DNA of 64,000 nt from Nemertoderma westbladi (GCA_032718475.1 JAUCBJ010006658.1:1-64000); one strand, 5' to 3'; shown: positions 35,831 to 49,660, counted from the first letter of the stretch. Numbers and translations: made by a program. Notes: generated by a model from the sequence alone, not told the origin.

Positions 35831-38800
35831 CAGGTCCCCCGGAATATACAGTAGTGTTGTAATTCAGTGTCATGCAACTATCACTCAAGATGTACCTTGG
35901 GGTCTTACTTTTGTACCTGGGGGGGGGGGGGGGGGGGTGGTCTTACTTTTTTACCTGGGGGGGGGGGGGCTCTTCCTTTTGTACTAGGGGGTCTTACTTT
36001 TGTTCCTGAGGAGTCTTACTTTTGTACTTGGAGGGGTCATACTTTTGTACCAGGGGGGTCTTACTTTTGTACCAGGAGGGGTCATACTTTTGTACCAGGG
36101 GGGTTTTACTTTTCTACCAGGGGGACTTAATTTTGTACCTGGGGGTCTTACACTACTTTTGTACCTGGGGTGTCTTACATTTGTTATTTGTACCTGAGGG
36201 GGGGGGGGGTCTTACTTTTGTACCAGGGGGGTCTTACTTTTGTACCTGGAGGGGTCATACTTTTGTACCTGTGGAGGTCTTACTTTTGTACCTGGAGGGT
36301 TCATACTTTTGTACCAGGGGGGGTCTTACTTTTGTACCTGGGAGGTCTTACTTTTGTACCTGGAAGGGTCATACATTTGTACCATGGGGGTCTTACTTTT
36401 GTACCTGGAGAGGTCTTACTTTCGTACCATGGGGATTTACTTTTGTACCAGGACGGGGAAGGGGGGGTCTTACTTTTGTGGGGTCTTTGGTCTTAAGGTG
36501 TTGGTTATTAGGTCTTTAATTTGTACTCCCATAACATAACTACTGTAACTGCAATATTAATTGCATGTTACATGTTCTTCAATATATTATTATGATGTGC
36601 AATATTATTGAATTTATAACGATGCAATATTAAATATTTTCGTTTTCGAAACATATCTAAAATATCTGCTGTAAATCAATCCTGTCTATCCACAATATTA
36701 AAATTCTGCGTTCACTCTTATAACATCTTTAGACGAGATAGACCTGAACGCGATGGAGGTGGTATAGTCATATACGTGCATGATAGACTGAACTTCATCG
36801 AGCTCGATTCATCGAAGTCCACACAGTCCGAGATGTTATTTGGAGAATTATTTCTCCCAGATACCAAGCCTTTGCTTATTGGAGCGGTTCACAGGCCTGA
36901 GGCAGACACACTGCTGTTTGAGAACCTAGAAACATGTCTAGATTTCTCAAGATATAATGAAGTTATTATAATGGGCGACACTAACATTGACATGACTCCT
37001 GTTGTAAATTCTAAAACAATGTCACTCAATAAATATCCATTAACTACCCCCGGTATCGATACTGAGCTAAAGAAACTACTGTCATTCACAGGCTCTCCCA
37101 TGGAATGAACCAACTCATAATGGAACCAACCCGCGTCACATCGAATACGGCAACCATCATCAATCATGTGTTTGTTTCAAACTGCAGCTTGATCAATAAC
37201 TACGGTGTAGTCAAAGAGAAAATAAGTGATCACTACATGGTCTATGCAACTCGTAAAAGAAGGAAACTACTGCCTAGTACACCTATATCCACAAAATGTA
37301 GAGCCTACTGTATAAAGCATACTCACAGGAAAAACTTGTCGCTGAACTACACTAGTTAAATGTGATTCCATAAAACAGATAACGAAGATAAAGAAGAGGG
37401 AATTAAACTTTCACAGCAATGGCCCTCTTTACACGCTGGATTTCGATGGCATGATAAATTTTGTGGCTATCAGAATAGTAGTTTTCCGCTAGGTAGGCCT
37501 ATGTACGGATGTTTAGATACATTTTCGAGGAAAACCCTATTGTGTAGAGTTATTTATTCCAACTCCAATCCCCATGTTGTTGGGAATTTATATTTTAAGG
37601 CCTTCCGGTTTTCGTCCGTTTCGACAGAGGTACGGAAACGGGAAAAGCTGCCACATTACATGCAGCTTTATCATCAGAGTTGGTATTTTCGACGATCCAA
37701 CTGATGGCGTAATTTACGGCCCATCCACAAATAATAAAATTGAAAGATGGTGGAGAGAATTAACGGAGCGATTGGAGCCTGTTTTCAAGGTGCAACTGAA
37801 TGATCTATTACGCAGAAACCTCTACGACCACCTCCGATAAACTGATTATACATATATTTTAATTAAATTAATTTATAATTATTAGTTTATTAGTATTATA
37901 TTATATGCGTTAATCCATAGTTCAATACACTGTCCTACAGTCGAATAGCGATAATCAATAGTTCAATAAACAGTACTAGATCCAGCATCCATCGGTATCC
38001 ATCTGTACTAAAACAGCTCTACAGTAATTATGGCAAGTATGCACCCGAGGGCAGGGTTGGGCGCTACGCTACATCCTATCCCAAGATTTGCTCCCAGTAA
38101 TTTAACTCATTTTATCGACCCCAGTAGATTGAAAGTCTGAGTGGACCCTGGCGGGGCTTAACCCAAAAACAATAGAGCTACCCCGCCTAAAACGGAAAAA
38201 ATTGAGTTAAAACAGATAAACATTGTGTTAAAACAGATAAACATTGTGTTAAAACAGATAAACATTGTGTTAAAACAGATAAAACATTGTTTTAAAACGG
38301 ATAAATATCAAATTAGTAAAAAGAACTAATAATAAAACTTTTAATATAAATATCAATTAATTCTATGAGACTCAATGAAATGTGTAACTACCACGGTATC
38401 AGGGAGAAAATAGCAGTGAAATCTAGTAACAGGTGGGACATGTCCTGCCTCTACCCCATCAAAACACGGTAACAGGTGGGACTTGACTTGTCCCGCCTGT
38501 TCCCCTTCAAAACATGGCAATAGGGTGGGACAATTAGTAACAGGTGGGACTGGGACAGGCTACAGTATAATATCTTGTAATAGGGGAGGTTTGTACGGTG
38601 GCTGATCTTTGCTAATTAATTTTTTTTTTCAGAAGTTCTCCATGACGTCATAATTTATGGTCGACCATAAATTAATTTTTGGTCGACTATAAATTATTTT
38701 TTGGTCGACCATAAATTAATTTTTGGTCGACCATAAATTATGCCGTCTTGGAGAACTTCTGAAAAAAAAAGTAAAAAAAAAATTAATTAATTGGCAAAGA

Positions 38801-39897
38801 TCATCCACCGTAGGTTTGCCACTATCATAGCTGTAATTTTCTAATCACCAGCTTTCAGAAAATATTTAGTTTAATGAGGTTTGGAACAAAAGATTTTTTT
38901 GACAAAATTTGGCTAATATTTTGTAGAATGAACCACCATATATAGGCCTAACCAGATAGCAGTATTGTAATAGTAGCGAATACCGTATCGGTACATATTG
39001 TTACTCTCAGTCTGTCGTGGCACCCATGGGCCATGGTAACATTTACGTCTACGGGAAAGGCACTCATGGGCAACGTGGAAGAAAAAATTGTATTAACAAA
39101 AAATTTTTTATTTTAATTTTGGCCGCACTGGGCCATGGTTTGGCCCAGTAAGGCCATATTTTTTTTATTATTTATGTATTATATTATAATTTCTTAGAGT
39201 AGTCTAGTCTATTTTTGAATGTGTTCAAACTTGGAGTACCAAGGTTATTACAGTACACGTGCATCGTGCATTAACAACACTGGCCGGTAAAAGATTCCAA
39301 ATGTTTACAACGCTGTTTGCGAAGTTGTTGCATTTCCTTTGAGTCATGCAGTTCGATCTTTTGTACAGCACCAAGGAAGAACCTCATGTTGAGTATTGGT
39401 GGAGTTCGGAACGAAACTGGAAGAAATTACTTCGCTCAATATACAGTAGGCAAATATGAGATTGGTAGTGGCTAAATGTAATTGCTCTTATAATTTTGTT
39501 AATTTTCACTCGAATTGGATGAATATGTTTATCGTAGGTATTGCCCCATAGTATTATTCCGTATAATATGTAGGGTATGTAGTGTAGTCTATCTACTGTC
39601 GGTTGCCTAATGTGGGTTGTCGGCTCTCTACTGTCGTTGGGATGCTCTCGGCGTAACGTTTACACCCCAAAGTTTGGTTTAATTTCATCAATATACAGTA
39701 TGACGGAGTTATTGGCGATCAAATATTAGACAGTGACAGACAACTCGTCACTTCGCTTACTTTGTGCCTCGTCCCACTTGGTTGGAATACTTAGTCGCAC
39801 ATTTTTATCACTAATTGTCCCGAAATTACTTTTAGATTAGGTGTAAGAGATCATTTCGACTATAAAATTGTGAAAGTTGAAAAAGTGAAGGAGACTT
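35682..39897 (+). repeat. Composite duplicated block, copy B (pre-insertion state)
   Basis: Matches 19785-26779 but lacks the Helentron-like and solo-LTR insertions; ends at an RTE fragment. Confidence 0.92.
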
Positions 39898-40598
39898 TAG
39901 ACTAGCCTCAGTAAACACCCTAACACTCGGGTCCCCAATGCGACAAGGTGAGCTGACAGCCTTGGCAGATAAGCTTTCTCTTATTGCAGTGGGTGTTCAA
40001 GAGCACCAAATGCAAACTGGACAGACTGATGAGGTTCTGATTAAGGACATGGGGGGCGGTTGGCGACTCGACCTCGCTTCAGCAGATGATAGTGGCAATG
40101 GTGGAATTGGTCTGTTGATGAATCCAACTGCACATGCAGCATTGGACAAAATAGACCACATCTCTAACCGCATCATCCGTTGCCACTTCTCATGTTCTGG
40201 AAGACTGGCTAAGAAGTTTCCTAAGCTTCTGATTGTGTGCTACTCTCCTACTAGTGTTGCCCCTGTAGAGGAGGTGGAAAATTTCTACCAGAATCTACAA
40301 GCAGCTACTGATGGAGTGGATCAGCATGCATTCTTAACATTCCTGGGAGACTTTAATGCAAGTCTGCATCAATCACCTACATCACCCTGGGTCTATAGCA
40401 ATAGTGTTAACCGAAATCCCGTTCATCTTCAGGATTTTATCTCTGGAAATGGATTGTTTTCGGCTGGAACCCAGTTCAAGAAGCGAACTGGAAAGCTATG
40501 GACTCATAGTGGACCCAGTGGTCACAAGTCCCAGATAGACCATAACCTGTTTCGTAGGAAATACAGGAGCTCTATACAAGACTGTAATGCATTTACTA
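39898..40598 (+). pseudogene. RTE-clade endonuclease fragment
   Basis: VGVQEH, GNGGIGLL, ISNRII, CYSPT, FYQNLQ, GDFNA, WTHSGPSG..SQIDH. Confidence 0.88.
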
Positions 40599-41585
40599 CT
40601 ACTACTACTACTAGGTCGAGCGAACTCGGACAGTGGAAATGAGATCCTTCCAGGCTTCCCGATTCTCCATAGTTGTCGCAATTTCGTTTCTCCCAAGTTC
40701 AGTATCCCTTTCAAGTTGATCTATATATGTTATGGCAGGTCGTCCACGACTACGCTTTCCATGAGTTGGTTGCCAGAGAAGTAGATCTGGTATGACCTCG
40801 TCTTTACTTCGCCAGCAGTGCCCACTGAATCTTAATCTGCATTCACTGAGGGTGGTTGATACAGGTGGTATTGTACCATAAAGCTCGGCGTTTGTCATGT
40901 GTTGTCTCCAGCTGATGTTTAGGGCTGCCCTTAGTAGTCTTGTGTAGCAACCATCAATTCGTTGTTCAAGTGATTTAGTCAGTGTCCAGGTCTCACCCCC
41001 GTATAAAAATACACTTTCCACTGTGGCTCGAAAGAACTTGGTCTTCAGGTGCCTGGAGAGATCTGATTTCCAGATGGTATCCATTTTTGATAGAGCTACC
41101 CAAGCCTTTGCTTTCCTAACTTCTATGTCCTTTTTGCTACTCTCTATCCATGATCCAAGGTACTGGAAGTCATCGACCTTCCTTAGTTGATTATTATCAA
41201 TGGTTGTCAAGTTTCCATCAACATTAAAGGTCATGAATTCGGTCTTGGTAGCATTTATATGCAATCCAACCTCCTTAGCAGCCCTCTCCACTTTATTTAG
41301 TAGAAGCTGTGCATCTGCTAGCGTATTAGAGAGCAGGGCGATGTCATCCGCAAAGTCGGTGTCTGTGACTGTAGTTGCCGGATATCTACTACTTCTGCGT
41401 TCTTGAAGTGTGAATCCCAGATCTTCACCCTTTGTGGCCGTCCTCATTGCGTAATCCAGCACAATTACAAATAGTAATGGTGCTAATGTGTCACCTTTCA
41501 GTACGCCAGCCAGGATTGAGAAAAACTCAGTTTCACCATCTGATGAGAGTACCTGCGCTTCTGTGTCACAATATATGATGCATAA
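40594..41585 (-). mobile_element. 5'-truncated RTE-clade LINE (second family): RT C-terminal half with (TAG)n tail
   Basis: GVLKGDTLAPLLFVIVLDY, TDFADDIALL, FQYLGSWI, LYGGETWTL, RLRFSGHCWR; the stop TAG runs into TAG repeats. Confidence 0.92.
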
Positions 41586-42764
41586 TGATAAATAGGCATT
41601 TTTTAATTTTTTATATTTGCCAAAAATATTATAATACTCTATTTGCCATGTCTATTATATGTATATTTAATATCAACTATACATTACGCTCTTTAATATA
41701 CTTTGATAATGTTTACAATTTTATCATTATTCATTTTCATCGTCATGAACCAAGGGGGGGGGGGGGGATTTATTTAAAATTACTTAAAATTTATCAGACT
41801 ACTTTAATGAGCACCGCTCTACACCTTTGCAACATGTATTTCAGAAAACATCACATTCAAACATATCAATCATATACAAACAAATTACAAATCGAAATGA
41901 TATTTACGTAGCTTTCTAATAAGCTATCAAACATTAATGTTGGTTTAATAGAACGAGGTTTACATAGGTTTTAATACAAAACATTAACTAAATTGTCCTT
42001 CGATTCGAATTTAATTTATAAATAAAAACATGTGAGATAGCCAGCCAACCAATCAGAGCCCTAGTATATCCAATGTTATTCCCCATTTATGAGCGGGTTA
42101 AATATCATTTATAATAGTGGGCTACCTAAAAAATATCACTTTTTGCCCATGGGAAAATATCAGTGATATTCCCGCGTTGCTATGCAACTGCCTATTATCC
42201 TACAGTAGGCCTAGCTCTATTAGCAAATCAGATTGTCAGAACCTACCGGTACCACAACACATTTTTGTATCATTATCCATTGTCCGAAATTGAAAGTACG
42301 AGACAAGTACGTTACCCAGCCTGTAGCCAGAGCCAGGCAGTATTGGGCTGACCAAGCTGCTTGGCATGTTATAGGCTTAGTACCGGTACGGATTCCAGGA
42401 CCGGTACATGTGTGTGGTTTTGTTTTTTCATCACTTAATTGCTGTCCGACTGCCTGAGGGATAAAGCTGCGAAGCTCTGAAGCTGTGGACTGGTAGCGAA
42501 TAGCGATACAAGTCTGTACAGCAGGCTAGGTAGACCGTACTGTACATATTTCGTGCTCTGTTCTGTCTTTATATTTAATACGTAAGTTGGACGCGCAGTA
42601 TGGAAATGAATATTGATTTTTTATTTGAATAATAATAAAAAAGCTGGCTTTAAATAAAACTTGTTTTTTTAACTACAGTAAACTATTGATTATGGTAATG
42701 TAACACGGAAACAGTCTTTATATATAGGCCTAACGGATATTTATGCGAAACCGGAATGCAAATT

Positions 42765-42835
42765 TCCCTGGCCACATTCCCGGACTCGAACCCATGTCAT
42801 CTGGAGTCGGAGACCCGAGTTCAAAGCTCCGCTAT
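42765..42835 (-). mobile_element. tRNA-like SINE head remnant
   Basis: Minus strand contains GGGTTCGAGTCC (B box), but no complete cloverleaf. Confidence 0.35.
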
Positions 42836-43082
42836 AATTAAACGGTTAAACCACTACACAATTAATTCCCTTGATATTAATATGTTTACTATAAATGGTC
42901 CCGCATGCACCAGTATGAACTTATACAGTATTTAGTTATGCATTATTTAATCATTCTGAATGCACTAATACAATTTAATGATTTAATATATATTGATATA
43001 TATTTAATCCCCCCAAAATACCAAGCCCCATTTACTTCACTTGCCCCCAAACAAAACCCTTTTAGAATTGTTAATAATGTGG

Positions 43083-43232
43083 AATAACACATTTATTGCC
43101 CGGTTATCAAGTTATTTTCCCTAATATTTTACCCTCGGGCAGGAAACCCTCGGGCTGCGCCCTCGGGTTATTCCTACCCTCGGGTAAAATATACGGGAAA
43201 ATAACTTGATAACCGTGCAATAAGTATTGTTA
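43083..43232. repeat. ~150-bp near-perfect palindrome with four CCCTCGGG motifs (MITE-like hairpin)
   Basis: TTATTGC.CGGTTATCAAGTTATTTTCCC..ATATTTTACCC mirrored around GGGCTGCGCCC. Confidence 0.75.
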
Positions 43233-43934
43233 ATGACTGTCTATGGGGAGGTTACAATGTGTTGTTAGTAGGACAGCTACTACAGTATATCGGGACTGAA
43301 TGCAAATCAACTTTGAGTTGGATCAGCTAAATTGTGATGTAATTGCATATTTACTTGAACTGATTTTATGTTAAATAACTTTATGGGTTTCAAATATTTT
43401 GTTATATATAACGATTATGCAAGGATTAATATCAATAATTAACTTTTTTTACGAAATCAATTAATTCTTGACTATATTGAATACATTATATTGTGTAAAT
43501 TATATAAATTATACACAATATAATAAATATGTTTTAACACTATCAGTTAATACACTATTACTATTAGCTTGTACTAATAATTATTGATCTATATGTAAAA
43601 CTGATTTAATAGTTTTGTTTTTATTTCAGACTACCATGAAGAAACTCTACACTACTCCGCTAACACTGCACACACTGCATAGAGATTGGTTTCTACCATG
43701 TTGAATGGTGTATTTGTGACTCGCGATTGATAATAATATTAATTAGATCTCTGAATGAATTAATTAATTATGGACATAATAAAGGTGATTCAACAATTTA
43801 TTTACATGAACTGATATTAAGTTATATAACTGTGTTTCAAATATTTTGTTTATATCTCAGTTGACATTACCAATAATTAATTAACAATTCTTATACAACT
43901 GAAATTTTTTTAATTCATGTCAAAGACGCTGTGT

Positions 43935-45158
43935 TTAAACACCAATATTTGGGCATCAAAATCGGGGCATCCAGTAAACTGTTCTGTATGCCTATTGGTC
44001 CGTTCCATCCAAAGTTGTTCCGAATGTCCGTACGCCCGGGCACTAGAATGCCCAGACATCCAAAAATCGGGGAAAATGTCCGGATTCTCCAAATAACTGT
44101 CTGGAATTCGGCTAATCTGGGCGTCCAGTAAACTTTTCTGTCAGCCTATTTTACTGTTTCAAAGTCGCCCGGACGTCCGCATGTCCGGACGTCCGCATGT
44201 CCGGACGTCCGCATGTCCGGACGTCCGGGCAAAAGGATGCCCGGATGTCGGGAAATCCGACCAAAATGTCTGTTTTTCCGGACAAACTCTCAAAATGACT
44301 TTTCGGAATTCGGCAAATATGGGCGTCCAGTAAACTTTTCTGTCAGCCTATTTGGCTGTTCCAAATTCGCCCGGATGTCGGGAAATCCGACCAAAATGTC
44401 TGTATTTCCGGGCAAAATGTCAAAATGACTGTCCGGAATTCGGCAAATCTGGACGTTCAGTAAACTTTTCTGTCAGCCTATATGACTGTTCCAAAGTCGC
44501 CCGGACGTCCGGATGTCCGGGCGCAGGGATGCCCGGACGTCCGAAAATCAGGCCAAAATGTCTGTATTTCCGGGCAAATTGTCCAAATGACTGTCCGGAA
44601 TTCGGCAAATCTAGGCGTCCAGTTAACTTTTCTGTCGGCATATTTGACTGTTCCAATGTCGCCCGGACGTCCGCATGTCCGGACGCCCGTGCAAAAGGAT
44701 GCCCGGATGTCGGGAAATCCAACCAAAATGTCTGTTTTTCTGGGCAAACTCTCAAAATGACTTTCCGGAATTCGGCAAATATGGGCGTTCAGTAAACTTT
44801 TCTGTCAGCCTATTTGACTGTTCCAAAGTCGCCCGGACGTCCGGATGTCCGGGCGCTAGTATGTGCGGATGTCGGGAAATCAGGCCAAAATGTCTGTATT
44901 TCCGGGCAAAACGTCAAAATGACTGTCCGGAATTCGGCAAATCTGGGCGTTCAGTAAACTTTCTGTCTGCTTATTTGACAATTCCAAAGTCGCCCGGACG
45001 TCCGGATGACCGGGCGCAAGGATGCCCGGACGTCCGATCACAAGCATGCCCGGACTTACGGAAATCCGGCCAAAATGTCTGTATTTCCGGGAAAACTGTC
45101 CAAATGACTGTCCGGAATTCGGCAAATCTGGGCTTCCTGTAAACTCCTCTATGAACCT
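43935..45158. repeat. CCGG-rich ~160-bp satellite, left part
   Basis: AAAATGTCTG recurs at ~44263, 44393, 44555, 44725, 44887 and 45072. Confidence 0.9.
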
Positions 45159-45760
45159 CCCAGTAAAAAATGCACCGGTGTTGAGCTGGCTGAAACGCCT
45201 TTTTGGTCACTGGCGATAATTCTATCAAAATGTCCTAACCCGACAATAAGGATATACCAGTGTAACTAACCAGTTTTGCACCATTCAGTACCAATTATGC
45301 GACATCGTAATACCGGTGATTAGAACCTGTTTTGTTCTGGAGGACTGGCGCCATTTATTCGCCATTCTAAGTTCAGCTACCCTCAGCGGCGTAACATTGT
45401 CGTATTTACACCTAAGTATCACTGTTACAATAGTGGTAAGACACTGGTGTTTTTACACCAATGTATCGCCATTTTTAATAGTGGTGATGGTGGTATATAT
45501 ATTTAAAAATTACCACCATACAAGCGCCATTTTTTGCATTTTGTTTTGTGGGGTAGTCAGTCAATTCAGCAGGATGATGCTGACAATTAGTCTGACTTTC
45601 AAAAAAATAGGATGTGATTAACAAACATATTATTTTTGTAACAACATATATAACACTTTGTAATAACACTTTATAACCCATATAACACATGTACCGGTAT
45701 AGCATTCCCAGTTTATGCATATGCATGTTTTAATACTCTGAAACTTGAAACTAAAAAGTA

Positions 45761-46021
45761 CGGAGCCCCTAAAGGGACATGAAAAAAAAATTATTATCTC
45801 AGGGCCCCGACTTATATAATAACTCGGGCCCTGAGATAACCAACCAATCAGTGAGATTAATTATCTCGGGCCCCGACTTATAACTCGGGCCCTGACCCTG
45901 AGATAACCAACCAATCAGTGCGTCTTACTGCGTGAGTTGGTTTTTACTGATTGGTTGGATATCTCAGGAAAGTTAGTAAGTCGGGGCCCGAGATAAGAAA
46001 AAAAAAACTTTAGGGGCTCAG
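45761..46021. mobile_element. MITE nested in the EnSpm element, TA-flanked
   Basis: TA|CGGAGCCCCTAAAG ... CTTTAGGGGCTCAG|TA with internal CTCGGGCCC repeats. Confidence 0.7.
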
Positions 46022-46405
46022 TAAAAAAGACAAAAATTGCACGGAAAATACAGAACAAACAAGTCTCTGTTTCAATTCTAGTTGTTATAAATCTAAAAAA
46101 TAATTATTGGTTACAAATATAAAAAAATTTAACAGAATAGATATGTTAAAACCGCCAAAAAAGTAAAATTTAAAAATAGAGGCTGATTACATGGGGAAAA
46201 ATTTGAACTTTTTATATTATGTATCTTGATACTAATTAAAACAAAGTTTGAAAGTGAAAATTTTTTCCATGGATTAAAATGAGAGCATAAGCTAGGTTTC
46301 AAGGACACCTATGATTAAAAGAATAATATATATTAAAGATTTCTGAGCCACGCCACACGCTTTTATCAATATGTATATATGTATATACATTTTATTTATT
46401 TGAAG

Positions 46406-48173
46406 TTAAGTAGCGATGTCGTTAAGACTTTCCAATATAGATAGATCGTCGCCGTCGTTAGCCATTCGTCGGTTGTCTTTGCCTTCCGCCTCCACAGAAA
46501 CCAAAGTAGAACACTCGTTAAGAACTGCCTCCAGTGAATCTGTAACTAAATAAATACAAATAATATAATACATACAAAAATAATTCAATTAAATCTATTA
46601 AATATAGCAATTAAACAGTATTACATCCAAATTTGTCGTTTATATTTACACAAACCTAGATAAGCCTTGGATGGAGTATGGCAATGATTCGGTGAAGATC
46701 GCGAAATTTCGCAAATGTTGTCGCAAAATTTTGTGTTTACGAATACTAAAGGTGGAGCTTCGCAAACATCGCGATCTTCACTAATGCTCTAGAACATATT
46801 TTAAAAAGTAAGAAAATCGAGTGCATGCTGCACTAGTATCTTAAAATATTGTATTGTGAAGATGAAATTAGAGAAATTTTTGCGAAGATCGCGACATTTG
46901 CAAAACTTCATGATTTTCGCCGAAGAAATATTCAAAATCGTTGCCCTAATGCTTCGAAACTACAGTATATGAATAATGCAACTATATATGACGAATTACA
47001 ATAGGCCTACTAGGTTCAATCCCAGTAATGCATAAAATCATGTTTTAGTATAGACAAGTTATTAATCTAACCAGTTGTTTTCCTTTCATCAATAAGAGCC
47101 TTGTGTGCTTGTCGTAGTGCATTTTCGAATCCACTCTCTGTATAGTCCGATCGGATACTATTGCATGTGCGTAGAATTTCGAAAACACCCAACTTCTTAT
47201 ACGACACTTTATTGAATCTACCCGAAATATTACACAACTTGGCAAGCGGTCTGCTTACGAGGCGTTTCAGCTGCCTCTTAACTGCATTATTCAACGTATG
47301 ACCACCAGTGCGGCGTAATGTAGTGGTTAAGTGGGGTTCTTGAATGATGAGTTGTAATTCCTCTACTGTATTGGCAGGTGGTAATTCACACACAATATTC
47401 TCATTTTTAAGATGATTACTGTTTCCATGACTGAGGCCACTACCGGTACCAATTCTTAATACTGAAGACTGTAAATTTTCAACCATGCCCTCTATCCTCT
47501 CAACACGACCTGCCAAGCTTATTAACGAACTCCGATTCGATTTAGCAAGAGAAAACAAACTTTGCAGAATGTATTTAGAAGAACTGTTGTCACGCTCTTT
47601 ACCGATTATTTCCTGGTTTGTATTAAGTTTCAATTCGTTACTAGTGCCAGTGCGAGTGCATTGTGAATTTGGACGATTGCCATTTGTACATTCATCGAAT
47701 AAATTAGTCGAATTTTGAATTTTCTCCATGTTTGTTTCATAAGGAGCAATTGGTGCGATAAACATACTGGTACTCTTGGGTTTATCTTGACGTCGTTGAG
47801 TTGAGTCTTCATCTCCAGATGATGGCTGGGGGAATCCAATTTGTGCATATGATGCAAATCTGATACGTTTTCTTTGATTAAGATCGAATGGTTCCACAAC
47901 ACGAGGTAGTGATCTAAAAATTTGTTTGAAATTATATTCATCCTGTTTTATTTTGCGGGCCTTTTCTAAAACGCTATTAAATCCTTCATCCATGCGTGAA
48001 CCATGGGTGATTATCTCGCAAATATATAGTTCATTGTTATAATTAACTCCATATGTACCGCCATCCAATTTCGGCTCTTCACAGTTATATTCCGGTATAT
48101 CTGATATGCTAGTACAGAAGAAATCGCCATCATCACGGCAGTAGACTATAACATCATCAAATTCCGGTAGCAT
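46406..48173 (-). CDS. Transposon accessory protein with a DUF4806-like C-terminal domain; exon 1 48173-47072, predicted exon 2 46539-46406 (~411 aa)
   Basis: 368-aa ATG ORF with a coiled coil and LPPANTVEEL..LRRTGG..VKRQLKRL..LA..NISG..K motif; donor G|GTTAGA at 47071, acceptor TTACAG at 46540, in frame; AATAAA 10 nt after the stop. Confidence 0.72.
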
Positions 48174-48307
48174 TATTTAACAATATTAATAATACTGTGT
48201 TTATATGATATATATACAGTATATGAAAAATATGATATATAAAATGATATGGTGTATATATGATATGAATACAGAGTTCAAAACCTTACATTTTTTAAAG
48301 TTTATGT

Positions 48308-49660
48308 TTATGAATTACACAACACGGACACATAAAAGACTTTTGTACCATTATATTCATAAGGCATACATATACATCTCTTAAAGTGAGAATCATCCAA
48401 ACGGCCATAAAATGGCTTATCTTTCACAAAATATCCCTCCCCGTAACCAATACTATTGCATGGATAAGTGTAAACACGAAGTGGGGACTTCGCGCAGCAC
48501 GAAGTTGGCAGATCCTTAGCGAATTGACACTGTTAGGGGGTAGGTCAATTTATGCAAATAGTCACGTTGGCCCTCTAGCGGCAGACTGGAGAACTGCAGA
48601 TGGATTCGCCTCCTTTGAAAGTCACAGCTAATGGTCTAATACATATCTGCCAAGTTTCAGCTTAAACGGATTAAAAGCAAAGAAATGGGAGGGCATTTAA
48701 TGTTTAGACATGTGGTCGTCTAGCGGGAGACCATTGCACTGATGGTGTCTGAAAGTCTCTCAAAAATCTCAACTTTTGCTCATATTGATACCTACAAATT
48801 TTCAACTTGGCAGCTTTAAATCCGACAAAGTTATTAGCATGTCAACATCGTAACGACGACGACGACGACGACAACGACGACGACGACGACGACGACAACG
48901 ACGACGACAACTATTTGCATAAATTGACCCACCCCCTAACAGTGTCAATTCGCTAAGGCTCCGCCAACTTCGTGGCTCGCCCCACATTCGCAAAAAAACG
49001 CAAGTAGAAGCCTGAAGGACATCGCTTATAAACGTTGTAATTAACAAAAAATTGAACTCTGAGGAGTCACCCTTAAGCATGAAGCAATCGCCAGCTTTAA
49101 TCTTTAGTGGTATACCCTTTCGACTACAGCTTGCTAATATATGCGCTTTGTTTGCTGCTTCTTTGACCATTTTATTGACTTGTTTTGATTTTAGGGAATA
49201 CTTGAGTTTACTTAAGAAGGTTTCAAACTTAAACGCTGACCAATTATCCAGAGCTCCATATTTTAGTACAAACTGCGGCAAATGAAGTAAAGAATGCATA
49301 TTGAATGTGTACATACGTTTTGTATACAGACTACCCAAATTATCATGGAAGTTTATAATAAGTTCTTCAGCAAAGTCTATATAACGACATTCAGAGACTA
49401 ATTCTTCAGAGATCATCAAACGAATTGCGAGATGAAGGCACATCAGGTTGTCAAAGTATTTACTTGGAAGGAATGAATTAAACAAGGGACTGGCATATAA
49501 CAGTAATGACCTATACTCAGTGGCCTTAAAAAAGCTCACCTCATCAAATCCCCGAACACGCCTGTTGAAAGAAGAAGGCATATATGAGCCAAATTTTCTT
49601 AGAAGTATATTTACATTTCCTTTAGTGCTGGGTTTCATGGTGCACGGCAAAACCATACTT
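48308..49660 (-). pseudogene. EnSpm-type transposase, C-terminal part, interrupted by 48472-48986
   Basis: PSSFNRRVR..FKATEYRSLLLY, YTFNMHSLLHL, YGALDNWSAFKFE..L..LK; resumes after the insertion as YPCNSIG...VSVLCNS*. Confidence 0.88.
48472..48986 (-). mobile_element. Non-autonomous Helentron/DINE-1-like element, copy 3
   Basis: Same termini as copies 1 and 2; ~65-bp inverted repeat (48498-48562 / 48910-48974); (GAC)n microsatellite; splits the transposase. Confidence 0.8.

Noticed and set aside
42765-42835. Possible tRNA gene
   Set aside because: Only a B box is present; acceptor and D stems cannot be built.
44213-45219. ORFs over the CCGG satellite (also 49910-51213)
   Set aside because: Satellite and microsatellite translations with no domain signal.
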